64,000 nucleotides of DNA, from NCBI GenBank assembly GCA_964016885.1, contig OZ024758.1, forward strand, positions 4,836,001 through 4,900,000, read 5' to 3'. The position numbers and the translations under genes were made by a program. Every line of letters starts with the position of its first letter. The stretch's first letter is position 1. Origin of the DNA: Eledone cirrhosa. Its lineage: Eukaryota. A model generated the notes under the pieces. It saw nothing but the letters and a program-made list of their open reading frames with translations, made no database searches and was not told where the DNA came from. Positions 29,846-40,746 of the stretch are shown piece after piece.

Positions 29846-30410
29846 ACATATACGTACGCATATATATACGTACATATATATATATATACGTACATATATA
29901 TGTATATATTCCTACGTATATATTCGTACGTATATATATACCTATGTATATATTCGTACGTATATATATACGTACGTATATATATACCTATGTATATATT
30001 CGTACGTATATATATACGTACGTATATATATACCTATGTATATATTCGTACGTATATATATACGTACGTATATATATACCTATGTATATATTCGTACGTA
30101 TATATATACCTACGTATATATTCGTACGTATATATATACCTACGTATATATTCGTACGTATATATATACCTACGTATATATTCGTACGTATATATATACC
30201 TACGTATATATTCGTACGTATATATATATACGTACCTATATATATATACGTACGTATATATACGTACCTATATATATATATACGTACGTATATATACGTA
30301 CCTATATATATATACGTACGTATATATACGTACCTATATATACGTACCTATATATACGTACCTATATATACGTACGCATATATATATATTTATACATATA
30401 TACATATATA
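29845..30410. repeat. TACGTA-rich ~30-bp minisatellite
   Basis: (tatatatacctacgtatatattcgtacgta)n variants. Confidence 0.9.
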
Positions 30411-31883
30411 CAGTGAGGGACTGGGTCTAAAAATATTGGTTGCCAAATGAAGGGGGCCGACCTACATATAGAATTCTGTTTATAATGAATAAATAACATC
30501 TTTTTAACTTTAATTTTGAAAGTAGGTTTATAATTATCAATTTTCAACATACTTTTGTAGATGTCTCGGTGGCCTAGTAGGATGAATTATAGACGGTGGT
30601 GGCCCTGGTCGGCAGTAGTACAGCCGGTAAACCTTTTCAGTTTTTTTTCTATTGGTTGTAATATAAAAACTGAAAACGGTTACATGTAGTTACAAGACCA
30701 GGATCTCCACCGTCTCTAGTATATACCGCTAGGCCACAGAGACAACTACGAAAATCCGGCCAGAATTCTCTCCCCATTTCTTTTCAAACCAGTTGCTCAT
30801 ACTTATGTTAAGGTATTGTTCTCAAAATAAATAATATCAAAATCTCATAGATTCGATATTATATGAGATATGCGAGATAAAGTGTTTTCTGTGAAAATAC
30901 AATAGTAAATATAAAGGGCTAAAGTTCAAGCAAAGAATCGCTGCTTTCACACTTAACGAGATCTTCATATATATAGATATGTATATCAGGTATCTAATGT
31001 CACTCTAAAGATAGAAATACTGGGAACTTCCCACCTCCAATGCCACTAGAAAGATAGGAATATTGGAAATACACACCATTGATACTACTATTAAGCTTCC
31101 TTCCGCAAGTACCTTCTTCTATGATGAGAAAGTTAGATTATTAAAATTCTGTCAACGATGGAAATTCAAACAATGGAAACAACTCTGAATATACTGGAGA
31201 CTTCTAGTCCGAACTCTGCACTTCAGTGTTTACAGGGCAATGGTTATTGTAAGCTAGGGTTAATTAGGGGTTTCTCACGACAGGAACTCCTGCAACTCTC
31301 TGCACGTTGCACTTTTAATAACTGTTGTAGGCGGAATATTGCATAGAAACGGAATCCGTCCAGGAGTTAGATACGCGAGGTGTTTTTTACCAAAATACTG
31401 CCATTGTACTCACTATACAACTATAATGTGGGAGCAGTGAATGTTCTGGTGATGATGCTGCTGCTGCTAATGGTTGCGATAGTGATGATAATTCTGCTGA
31501 TGATGCTGCTGATGACATACGCAAACTAAAAACTGCTTCAAATCAAGCTACGTTGTAAGACATCCTTCAATTCTGAACTGCAGCAGCTTTGAGATGTCAA
31601 AGATTCGGTAAATCCTTAGAATAATCAAAGATAAAGAGAAGAACAACAAAAGACAAGAACAAAGAACTACAAAGCCGCTTGGGGTTCAAACGGAACCTCT
31701 TGTGAGTTGGTGAATGGAAGTGATTTCTCCAGTAAGACAATATTTCTAAAAAGACAGAAGCTGATGTGATCAGATTTCTTCACTGTATTTAAGTATTCCT
31801 GTTCGTTGACATATTGTCAAATTATGACACTCGTTACTCCTTTACTGATATTCAAAATGTGACATACTATCACGACACATGTA

Positions 31884-31925
<42 letters not shown>

Positions 31926-31998
31926 AGGTTCAATCGGGGGTAACCACAGTAAGTAAGGTACTCAATACATAGTGTATAAATATTTAATATGGAAATGG

Positions 31999-32033
<35 letters not shown>

Positions 32034-32254
32034 ATTGTTTCTACTTTAGGCACAAGGCCAGCAATTTATTAGTACATTACTGGTACTTTATTTTATCGAC
32101 CTCCGTAAGGATGAAAGGCAAAGTTAACCTCGGCGGGATTTGAACTCAGAATGGCAGGGGCCGTAACTATGCATCAAAGCATGGCGTCCGACCCTCTACC
32201 GATACTGCCAATCCACCGCCCTATATATATTGTAATATAGTAATAATAATATAA

Positions 32255-32396
32255 ATGTGAAGACTAAAATCCAAAGAGGACTCGATAAGGATATATATAT
32301 ATCAAATATATAAGAACCGTAGAGCAAATATTTATTGAAATAACAGATTAAAGTTTAAGCAAAGAATCGCTGCTTTCACCCTTAATGGGATCTTCT
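32255..32396 (-). mobile_element. 5'-truncated hammerhead-bearing element end (related fragments at 30921-30967 and 36010-36045)
   Basis: Minus strand GAAGA UCCC AUUAA GGGU GAAAGCA...UGCUU, then AATAAA and a tail (ccttatcgagtcctctttggattttagtcttc) shared with 36010-36045. Confidence 0.5.
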
Positions 32397-32690
32397 CTAT
32401 CTCTCCGTCTCTCTCTCTCTCTCTATCTCCCTCTATCGCCCTATCTATCTCCCTCTCTCTATCCCCTCTCCATATCTCTATCGCCGTCTCCGTCTCTATC
32501 TCCGTCTCCCTATCTTTATCCCCGTCTCCCTATTTCTATCCCCGTCTCCCTATTTCTATCCCCGTCTCCCTATTTCTATCCCCGTCTCCCTATTTCTATC
32601 CCCGTCTCCCTATTTCTATCCCCGTCTCTATCCCCGTCTCTATCTCTATCCCCGTCTCTATCTCTATCCCCGTCTCCCTATCTCCCTGCT
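32395..32690. repeat. CT-rich 20-bp tandem repeat (CCCCGTCTCCCTATTTCTAT)n
   Basis: Read directly. Confidence 0.85.
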
Positions 32691-33239
32691 AGATGTTTAT
32701 ATTTAAGTGTGAGTTCCTCACAATTTGTCTGAAATGGTAAAACTTGTTAAGTCAGAATAAATCACTAGAATTATTGCCGAGATTAACTGCCGTCCATTCC
32801 TCTGCTGCAATAACTTTTCACCGCCATCACAATTCTCTCAAGCGGAATACTTTAAATTTCATGAAAATGAAATAATATTAGTTCCCTTTTTTCCTACTAA
32901 AATGGAATCCCATATATCTTTAGGGAGAAACCCTGCAAAATAATGACATTCATGCTTTTTACAAGAGCAATGTTGGCGTAAGTGAAATGAATGGTTGTTA
33001 CTAGAAATTTACTCTATATTGTGGTCACAAAACACAGGACATAGTGAGAATCATAGTCCTGGACCCATCAAAGGGACGGATATCTATGGGGGTGTTCAAC
33101 CTGGTCGTGTCGACATGCTAGAAATAGAAGTAAAATCAACTCACGTCTTACTATCAATAAAGCAGATCTATCGATTCTCCCCGTCGGACGGGGAGATCTT
33201 TTGTGAAAATAGGTATAGCTTTCATTATGTAAAATTTCA

Positions 33240-33435
33240 AAAGGGCGGTGGATTGGTAGTATCGGTAGAGGGTCGGACGCCATGCTTTGGCGCATAGAGT
33301 TACGCCCCTTTCCATTCTGAATTCAAATCCCGCCGAGGTTAACTTTGCCTTTCATCCTTACGACGTCGATAAAATAAAAGTACCAGTAATACGCTGTGGT
33401 AATTGCTGGCCTTGTGCCTAAAGTAGAAACAATTA
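33240..33435 (+). mobile_element. tRNA-derived SINE family A (representative full-length copy; about 20 copies in window)
   Basis: A-box-like head (gtggattggtagtatcggtaga), B-box-like gaattcaaatccc, core ctttcatccttacggggtcgataaaataaagtaccag, tail gaaacaattat. Copies at ~1021, 2856, 3061, 9885(-), 20925(-), 21160(-), 21582, 25190(-), 32032(-), 34530(-), 41880, 42007(-), 42343, 45027(-), 46305, 47740, 49190(-) and 51238(-). Confidence 0.85.
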
Positions 33436-33526
33436 TGTAAAATCTCATTTTACCTAATTTCTCAGTTTTGGGGCACATTTTTTTTCATGGTACACCGTTT
33501 GGGTTTTTAGAGGTTTTGCCCCGTAA

Positions 33527-33757
33527 CAGACCTGCCAACCTCAAAAATTCCAAACAGGGAGTACCATGAAAACACGTGCCCAAAAACGGGGAGAAATTAG
33601 TAAAAAAATTAAAAAATTAAAAAATAATTTTTAAAAAAAAAATGGGGAATATTTACATAATGAAAGCTAGACCCATTTTCACAAGAGAAGACATCTCTCA
33701 CCCACCCCAAAGTGGGTGGGAGATCTCCCCGTCGGACGGGGAGGGTTGGCAGGTCTG
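33527..33757. mobile_element. MITE with TIR CAGACCTGCCAACC (probably hAT)
   Basis: CAGACCTGCCAACC...GGTTGGCAGGTCTG. Other copies at ~7508-7700, ~7760-7815, ~20830-21497 and ~33160-33517; the last two are interrupted by SINEs. Confidence 0.75.
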
Positions 33758-34445
33758 CCCTAAGTATGAAAGGCAAGGCTAACCTCGGCGGAATATGAAC
33801 TTAGAACGTAAAGGAACGTAAGTATACGACGCAAAGCCTGGTGTCCACTGCCCTACATTCAGAAAATAATTACTTTTTCTTTTTTTTTTTTTCCTAACAT
33901 AGGCACAATGCTTCAAATTACGTATTGGATATGTCTTAATAACAAAAACAGCAATAACAGCAACACCACCAACAACAACAACAGCAACAACAGCAACATC
34001 ATCAACACCAGCAACAAAAACAGCAACAACATCAATACCAAATATATTAATTACTTACATCTCAACGTTGTTCCAACTAATAGCCAATCCCATTCCTATT
34101 AAAAATCTCCGTCCTTTCATTTTTCTTCTAATTTTTTTTCGTTCTTTTTCTTGTTTATTCAGTTTTTTTTCCCCGGGAATACAATTAATTCTCTGTCATT
34201 CAGTTGTCAAATAAAACATTTCTACATAGTTTTTTTTTTTTAGCTCCTTTTGTGTGTTTTTTTTTTTTGTTTTTGTTTTTTTTACTCTTCGTTTTGTTTT
34301 TTTCGTTTTCGTTTCCTCTGGGTGGTAAGTAAGGTCCTTAATCTTGAAAATTCTTTTGTATGTCAGCGATGCTTCAGTAGGAGATTGTCACACACGGAAG
34401 ATATTGTAATTCAGTACATCACAGAAATAGGTGTGTGTGTGTGTG

Positions 34446-34533
<88 letters not shown>

Positions 34534-34830
34534 TGTTTCTACTTTTGGCACAAGACCAGCAATTATCCCAGTGCATTACTGGTACTTTATTTTACCGACC
34601 CTGTATGGATGGAAGGCAAAGTTAACCTCGGCGGGATTTGAACTCGGACCATAAAGGGGCGTAACCCTATGCTGCAGGCATGGCGTCCGACCCTCTACCG
34701 ACACTGCCAATAATAATAGGGTATAAGTATCGTAAGAGAGCAAGAAGAAGAAAGGTACAAAGAGGTGCGATACAGAATACTAAATGCCTATAGCCGAAGC
34801 GTTGTGTGCTCAATGCTTGGGTTAGCAGAG

Positions 34831-34903
34831 TTAAAGACGGCTAATTCTGGACTGAATTAGCCGTCGAAACGGCTTGAGTTCAGCCGTCGGGGTCCTACTC
34901 GTT

Positions 34904-34908
<5 letters not shown>
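34831..34908 (+). ncRNA. Hammerhead remnant with long stems II and III (family also at 14421-14478 minus and 39865-39955)
   Basis: Stem II CGGCUAAUUC/GAAUUAGCCG, GAAA, stem III ACGGCU/AGCCGU, GUC, then GGGGUCC. The 5' core is degraded (UUAAAGA). Confidence 0.5.
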
Positions 34909-34960
<52 letters not shown>

Positions 34961-35088
34961 ATATATGTATATATATATATTGAAAGAGATAGAAGGCTAA
35001 ACAATGCAAAATGCACTGTAAGATGAGGTAACGAAAAGTAAGTTACCTGGTAATCTTTGTTTTGTTTCTTCTTGTTCTTTTTTTCTGT

Positions 35089-35124
35089 CCAATATTTCGG
35101 GACCTAAAAGTTCCTTCTTCAGGG
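35089..35124 (-). ncRNA. Degenerate minimal hammerhead
   Basis: CC CUGAAGA AGGAAC UUUUA GGUCCC GAAAUAUU GG; only 2 bp of stem I remain. Confidence 0.5.
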
Positions 35125-35152
35125 TTTCAGGCACTTTCTGTGGATAACATTT

Positions 35153-35258
<106 letters not shown>

Positions 35259-35753
35259 CGTAATCCACCTGGTTGTGATGGGGCTGATAACGTTAGTAGA
35301 ATTCAACGTGTCCTTGGAAGGATGGTTGCAGGCAGAGTGACCAGTAGTCCTCTTGTGGTAGGTAATCGCAGCCTAAGGTATCCTTGAACAAGATCAGTCC
35401 GTATTACAGAGTTATTTATATATATATGTGTTTGTACATAGAACAGTAATCCCGTGAATCATGCTTCAAATCAGTCACGTAAACCATTGTTCGTTTTTCC
35501 TCGTTTACTTTTGTAGATATGAGGAGCAGTGTTTCGAATTCCAGTGATAACATCTGTACCTGATGATTGATTTTAAAATCTCCTTCGTAACTATATATAT
35601 ATATATATATACTTAGGTTAATAGGAGTTAGGTATTGTATACCCGTGTCCCATTAAGGTATTGGCAGCATAATAATTAGCTCTATGCTTTGGAGCAGAGC
35701 CGTATATATGATAAAGAACACAAGAGTGTCTACAACATCAAAAATGTTTTATT

Positions 35754-35800
35754 GGCTTACAATGTTTCTTCCTTACGTAACCGTAGGATTCTTCAGAGCT
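35754..35800 (-). ncRNA. Minimal type I hammerhead ribozyme motif
   Basis: Minus strand reads AGCU CUGAAGA AUCCUACG GUUA CGUAAGGAA GAAACAUUGUA AGCC, followed by AAUAAA. Short stem I, near-palindromic stem III (ACAUUGU), GUA triplet. Confidence 0.7.
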
Positions 35801-36042
35801 ATAAAAGGGGTTTGATTGGTGTTATGGACTCTACCAACCAAACATTCAAGAACAAAGAGTAAAGAGAGTAAAGAGCAAAAGCAGGGGACAATAAGTCTAA
35901 TTTTGGTGCGGGAGGGTGGGGTGTGGGTCCTTGTTTACTAGCTGTGGTCATATTCATTCCTGGGAGTCGAGTGCTTAGTGGAGCCATATATATATATATA
36001 TAATAAATTTGAAGACTAAAATCCAAAGAGGGCTCGATAAGG

Positions 36043-36120
<78 letters not shown>

Positions 36121-36157
36121 AAAAAGAGATGAAATCGAAAATGCAACTGGAGTCTTA

Positions 36158-36188
<31 letters not shown>

Positions 36189-36206
36189 ATATATATTTAT
36201 TTGGTT

Positions 36207-36244
36207 CCTTTACCAGTTTCGCAGTTCTTCTGCTTTTCAAAAGG
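36207..36244 (-). ncRNA. Inverted second copy of the U3-A8 hammerhead
   Basis: Reverse complement is identical to 36313-36350 except stem III ACUGGU. Confidence 0.65.
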
Positions 36245-36312
36245 TGAGTTGAGATGGAGGGTCTGTGGTTTTTCTCATGTGAGAAAAACCACAGACCCTC
36301 CATCTCAACTCA

Positions 36313-36350
36313 CCTTTTGAAAAGCAGAAGAACTGCGAAACCGGTAAAGG
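36313..36350 (+). ncRNA. Minimal type I hammerhead with U3-A8 core variant
   Basis: CCUU UUGAAAA GCAG-AAGAA-CUGC GAAACCGGUA AAGG. Stem I CCUU/AAGG, palindromic stem III ACCGGU, GUA triplet, AATAAA just downstream. Confidence 0.7.
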
Positions 36351-36493
36351 AACCAAATAAATATATATTTTTTTTTTTTTTTTATTTTTTAAATAAGACT
36401 CCAGTTGCATTTTCGATTTCATCTCTTTTTCTTTATACTTTCACTCGTGTAGGACACCTCGGTTATTTTTCATTTTGTAAAAAAAAACCTCAC

Positions 36494-36525
<32 letters not shown>

Positions 36526-36933
36526 TGGAAAATGTGTGAGATCCTTGGTACAGTTAGGTATATTTGAAAAAAAGGAAAAGTATGACTTCACTTGTAGAGT
36601 TAAAAAAAATTTGATTTAATTATATAATATATTATGAGTTGGATCTACCAACTCATAATATTATATTATATAATTAAATCAAAAAATGTTTAACTCTACA
36701 AGTGAAGTCATTCTTTTCCTTTTTTTTCAAATATATATATATATATACACACACGCATATATATATATATGTGTGTGTGTGTGTATACATACATATATAT
36801 GTATATATTTATATGTGTATACACACACACACATATATATAAATATACATACATAAATGTACGTACATACATATATATATATGCATATATATATATATAT
36901 ATGTGTGTGTATATAATATATGATATGTGTATG

Positions 36934-37005
<72 letters not shown>

Positions 37006-38214
37006 AATGTGAGGGTGGCATATATATATATGTGTGTGTATATATATATATATGCATATATATACGTGTATAAAGTATATATGTAAATATATATATATAA
37101 ATCTGTGTGTTTGTGTGTATGTATACTTATCTCTGCGTGTATGTGTGCCTGCGCGTGTCTTTCTCTGTGTGTATGTGTGTGTGTGCCTGTCCGTGTCTTT
37201 CTGTGTGTTTGTGTGTGCGTGTGTGTCTGCCCTTGTCTTTCTGTGTCCGTGTGTGTGAGTGTGTTTGCAAGAAAAGGTTGAATATGCGTACAGCGAACAA
37301 GATTAAACTGAAGCTGAAAAACTTAATATGGCCGACTGCACTCGAGGGAAGGGAAACTCTTTAGAAAAATAAACCCTTGGAAACTAAGAAGATATTTCTT
37401 GTGTTGGCCGTCAGAATAAACTGGAAAAACAAATGTTTAAACTAGATAAAGGAAATGAAAGCAAATTAAAGAAGACAGTTGCTATTATTTCTAGCGAGTG
37501 TTGAGAATATATTAGCGTATCACTTGACAAAGCGTCGTTCCCACCGCCATTTACATTATGCCACCATTTTGTTGTTAGAGACGGTGATGTGATAAATAAA
37601 AAGAACGAAACGAATGAAGATTCCTGTTATGAGAAAAGGAAAAGATGACAAGAGATAACAATATTCTCAACATCTTCTCATCTATCCACCAACAAATTCT
37701 AATATTGCTTTTTCTTATTTCTTTATTAATATATTTCCTTGTTTTTGTAGTATTTTGGGGGGCTTTTTATTATATCTTCGTTTTGTTTTGTTTTGTTTTG
37801 TTTGCTATATATTTCATTATATTCTTTGTTTTTCTTTGCTTTAGGTTGTATTTGAGGTCAGCTGTAAAATAGCTGGAACTTTTATTACTTGTTCAAGCTA
37901 CTGTGAACGTGTTAAAGAGATGTGTGAAAGATCAGCCGACGTTTAAAAGGAACCTTCCCGAGTTTCTCTTACTGGTGTTATTTCACTTGTTTTTCCGTCT
38001 AACAAGTAATAAAATAAGCATCCCATTTAGAAGCCTACCACGACCATCGCCCCCTCTTGTCTCGTTTTCTTTCATCATGTGCTTAACTGGATGGAATTAG
38101 CTCTTTCTCTCATAGATTCATAACGTCGGATGGCGTCTGCACCAACCAACATTATCACTCACAGAACTTCTCTCCATTCAAGTAAGCCAGACATTCCTTC
38201 ATCTCTTGGTCTTC

Positions 38215-38246
38215 CCCCTCTCTCTCTCTCTCTCTCTTTCTATCTC

Positions 38247-38277
<31 letters not shown>

Positions 38278-38635
38278 CTCTCTCCCTCTGTGTTCTTTCT
38301 TACTCCCTTCCCTCTCTCCCTCTCTCTGTTTCTTTTTACCCTCTCTTTCTTCCTCTCTGTGTTTTCTCTCTCTGTCTCTCTCTTTCTCTCCCTCTCTCTA
38401 TTTCCTCTCACCCTCTCTCTCCATCTCTCTGTTTCTTCTCACCCTCTCTCTGTTTCTTCTTACCCTCTCTCTCCCTCTCTCTATCTCTCTCTGTCTGTTA
38501 TTCTTACCCTATCTCTCTCGCTCTCTCCCTCTCTCTCTCTGTTTCTTCTCACCACCCCCTTCTCTCTCTCTCTGTTTCTTCTCTCTCCCTCTCTCCCTCT
38601 CTCCTTGCTTTCCTCACCCTCTCTCTCTCTCGTTC
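38215..38635. repeat. Degenerate (CT)n tract
   Basis: Read directly. Confidence 0.9.
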
Positions 38636-39097
38636 ACACTCCTTTTTCTCTCGTGTCCTTCATTATGTTTCTTTCTCTATCTTCCATTCTCTTCTCACAT
38701 TCCTTTCACATTTTCACTCTTTCAATTTTCTCTAAATGTCTTTTCTCTTTTCCTTCTTCGCTTCTCTTTCTATCTATTTTTCATCCGTCAGATTAGCTGA
38801 TATAAAGATATATAAAACTGAAAAACCAGCAAAAACAATACAAATAATAAGAAAGATTTCAACTAAACTTCGGTTAAATCTTAAAGCATTATCAAGCTGG
38901 TCATTCGTATTTTAATTGCCTTTCTATTATACAACATAATGAAATTTAATTCGAATCTCTACCTAAATGGTCTTTCGTTAAATCAACAACATTACATTCT
39001 GTCTTTCCGTTCCATTAACTCCCATTTACGTTTATTTTGTGGGTTTGATGTTTTTCTCTCTTATTCTCTTTTAGTTTTAGTTTTGTTACTATTTATA

Positions 39098-39135
<38 letters not shown>

Positions 39136-40037
39136 TTATACATTTTACATTTATTTCTTAGCCTTGCTTTGACCTAAAAATTATGTTAGAATGATTTGAA
39201 AATGTCAAGTATCGTTTAATGTCAATAATTTTTAAATGGTTTAAGTTCTTAACATTTAAAAATCGTTTTTCTAAAGTTAAGCAGCCAAGAGCAGATAAAT
39301 CATATTGTATAATAATAAGTCAAAGAAAAAACGAGGCTCCTTTAACTATTTTGATGATTGTTCTTATCAGAGCAGAAGAAGACTCCAGCCCCAAAAACGT
39401 CAGTATCGGACTTTAAGATAACTTTAAGATCTTTACCTGATAACTCCTGTTATCTCCATAATCATAAATAATAAATGTTTATACATATCATAGCGTATAC
39501 TATAAAATAATAAGATAAGATTAATCTAGGTATCAGGATAGTTTAAAATTATTAGACCCCGCCTCATTCCTCTTGTGAAAACGTGAAGAAAAATAAAGAC
39601 ATTCTGTTATCTTCCTACACAGAAAAATATAGGAATTGACGTTTTTATATAACATGTAAGAACACACACATACAGACACACACGTACGTATATATATATA
39701 TATATATATATACCACAATTCCTTTGTTATATATATATATATATATAACAAAGGAATTGTGGTATATATATATATATATATATATATAACAAAGGAATTG
39801 TGATAAGGAACCAGATGGACCATAACGCACCAGAGTATTCAATACTTAGGGTAGTAGAGTGGGAAATAGGGAAAAGTATGACCCTGACGGCAGAGCTCAA
39901 GCCGTTTCGACGGCTATTTCTGGACTCTGCCGTCGGGGTCATACTTTTTCCTATATATATTGTCATACTTTGGGAGGGTCATGTTGACAATAAACAAATT
40001 CAGAAACGAAATATATATATATATATATATGTATACG

Positions 40038-40090
<53 letters not shown>

Positions 40091-40105
40091 TTATTTTATA
40101 GAAGG

Positions 40106-40156
40106 AGCTTCTACAGGACTAGTACTGTTTCATTCAGATGAAATCTTCAGGAAGCT
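40106..40156 (-). ncRNA. Type I hammerhead ribozyme motif
   Basis: AGCUUC CUGAAGA UUUCAUCUGAAU GAAACAG UACUAGUC CUGUA GAAGCU. 6-bp stem I, stem III ACAG/CUGU with palindromic ACUAGU in the loop, GUA triplet, AATAAA downstream. Confidence 0.8.
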
Positions 40157-40477
40157 GGGTGTCATATTAAGTTCTGGTATTTATACATTTAGGTAGTGGT
40201 AAGGGGGGGGGGGGCTGGGGGGGGGGGGGGGGGGTAGGATGGTATTTAGATACACAGGACCACAATATGGCACAGGCCGTTTTTTCTTTGGGGAGTGCTC
40301 AATTAGCACTCTGGCTAATATGTTGATTTAAAACTGCACTATCCACAAATGTTTTTTAACCTTCATATCATGTCCTCCTGTTTTATCTGATGAAAACACA
40401 AATATTATTGCATGATGATATTTGTTTTTGAAATGCGCATAATAAAATACATGGAACTCTTTTAACCATCTTTTGTT

Positions 40478-40542
<65 letters not shown>

Positions 40543-40659
40543 GTATATATATATACGTATATATATATATATATACGTATATATATATATATATATATAT
40601 ATACGTATATATATATATATATACGTATATATATATATATATACGTATATATATATATT

Positions 40660-40696
<37 letters not shown>

Positions 40697-40699
40697 GTA

Positions 40700-40746
<47 letters not shown>

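Noticed and set aside
37280-38200. Unique segment with a YY1-like CCGCCATTT motif and a polypyrimidine-AG site
   Set aside because: No recognisable coding frame, and such short motifs are expected by chance.
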